Source of the DNA: Tubiluchus corallicola
Lineage: Eukaryota > Animalia > Priapulida
Assembly (NCBI GenBank): GCA_030141605.1
Contig: JAQGDQ010000009.1
Location: 1,116,001 to 1,180,000 of the forward strand
DNA: 64,000 nucleotides
Reading direction: 5' to 3'
This document shows positions 63,427 to 64,000 of the stretch, one piece after another. The position numbers and the translations under genes were made by a program. The number at the start of each line of letters is the position of its first letter. Position 1 is the first letter of the stretch. The notes beneath the pieces were generated by a model. That model saw only the letters and a list, made by a program, of their open reading frames with translations. It had not been told where the DNA came from and searched no databases.

Positions 63427-63956
63427 CTGTGGCATCGCTAGGGAGGTGTGTGGAGCACGGGCCGCACCTGGTGACACTATCCCGGGGGTGACACCATAAA
63501 TGTAAGTGTATTTTTTTGGAGGGATAGTCACACAGACTGAGGTACTCGAGGAAACACAGAAACTGTGAAGGCACCTGAAAGCAGCAAATATTGAATCTGA
63601 AGAAGCAAAAAATGGACAGTATTGGACGTTACGACCTTCACAGCTGAGTGGGACTTTATTGAATTGATGTTGCTTCAATGTGTAAATACTTCATATAAAA
63701 AATTAAAAATATTAAAAGTTTGATTTTAAAACAAACATTGTCAATGCACTAAAGTGTCATTAGCACTTTAACTCAGTACGACAAACAAAACAAAATAACA
63801 TTGTCTAGATGATGTTTTTCCTAATCACCATAGCCAGTGCTAGCTACGTACATAAGATCTACTGAAGGATTTTGCATGATACAGTATATAAGCTTCAATG
63901 CACGTGTGACACCATGAGTACCGCTCCAGGAGACACCAACTCTAGCGATGCCCCTG
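63427..63956. mobile_element. hAT-type MITE
   Basis: TIRs ctgtggcatcgctag / ctagcgatgcccctg (13/15), 8-bp TSD atatgagc/atatcagc (7/8), subterminal gtgacacc repeats at both ends. Confidence 0.85.
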
Positions 63957-64000
63957 ATATCAGCTTGCAAATGAATGTCTTGCAGAAAAATCCTACCTCT

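Noticed and set aside
63187-63678. 163-aa ORF
   Set aside because: Chimera of MITE and intron sequence read into the TDRD9 exon at 63348-63245.

Overview
AT-rich eukaryotic genomic DNA with spliceosomal GT-AG introns, most likely from an invertebrate animal; the species cannot be determined. By hand-splicing I reconstruct four genes. (1) A minus-strand secreted or cell-surface protein with tandem fibronectin type III (FN3) domains: ATG at 17333, 11 coding exons visible, running off the left edge. It resembles a receptor-PTP ectodomain, but the C-terminus is not in view. (2) HSPBAP1 (JmjC oxygenase) with an intronless CDS, 25089-26453 (+). (3) PRMT3 (C2H2 finger plus type I arginine methyltransferase), 11 coding exons, 28297-37071 (+), about 519 aa. 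(4) TDRD9/spindle-E piRNA helicase, 26 exons visible, 63348->40036 (-), 5' end outside the window. Introns carry RTE and CR1/L2 LINE remnants, hAT-type and pogo-type MITEs, an Academ-like fragment and an LTR-like insert. The most notable inference is that HSPBAP1 and PRMT3 both begin with splice acceptors and have no evident promoter between them, so HSPBAP1 may sit in the 5'UTR intron of PRMT3 and share its first exon, or the pair may be a dicistronic unit. The FN3 gene also shows two distinct modes of domain duplication. All coordinates were read manually and no database searches were run.
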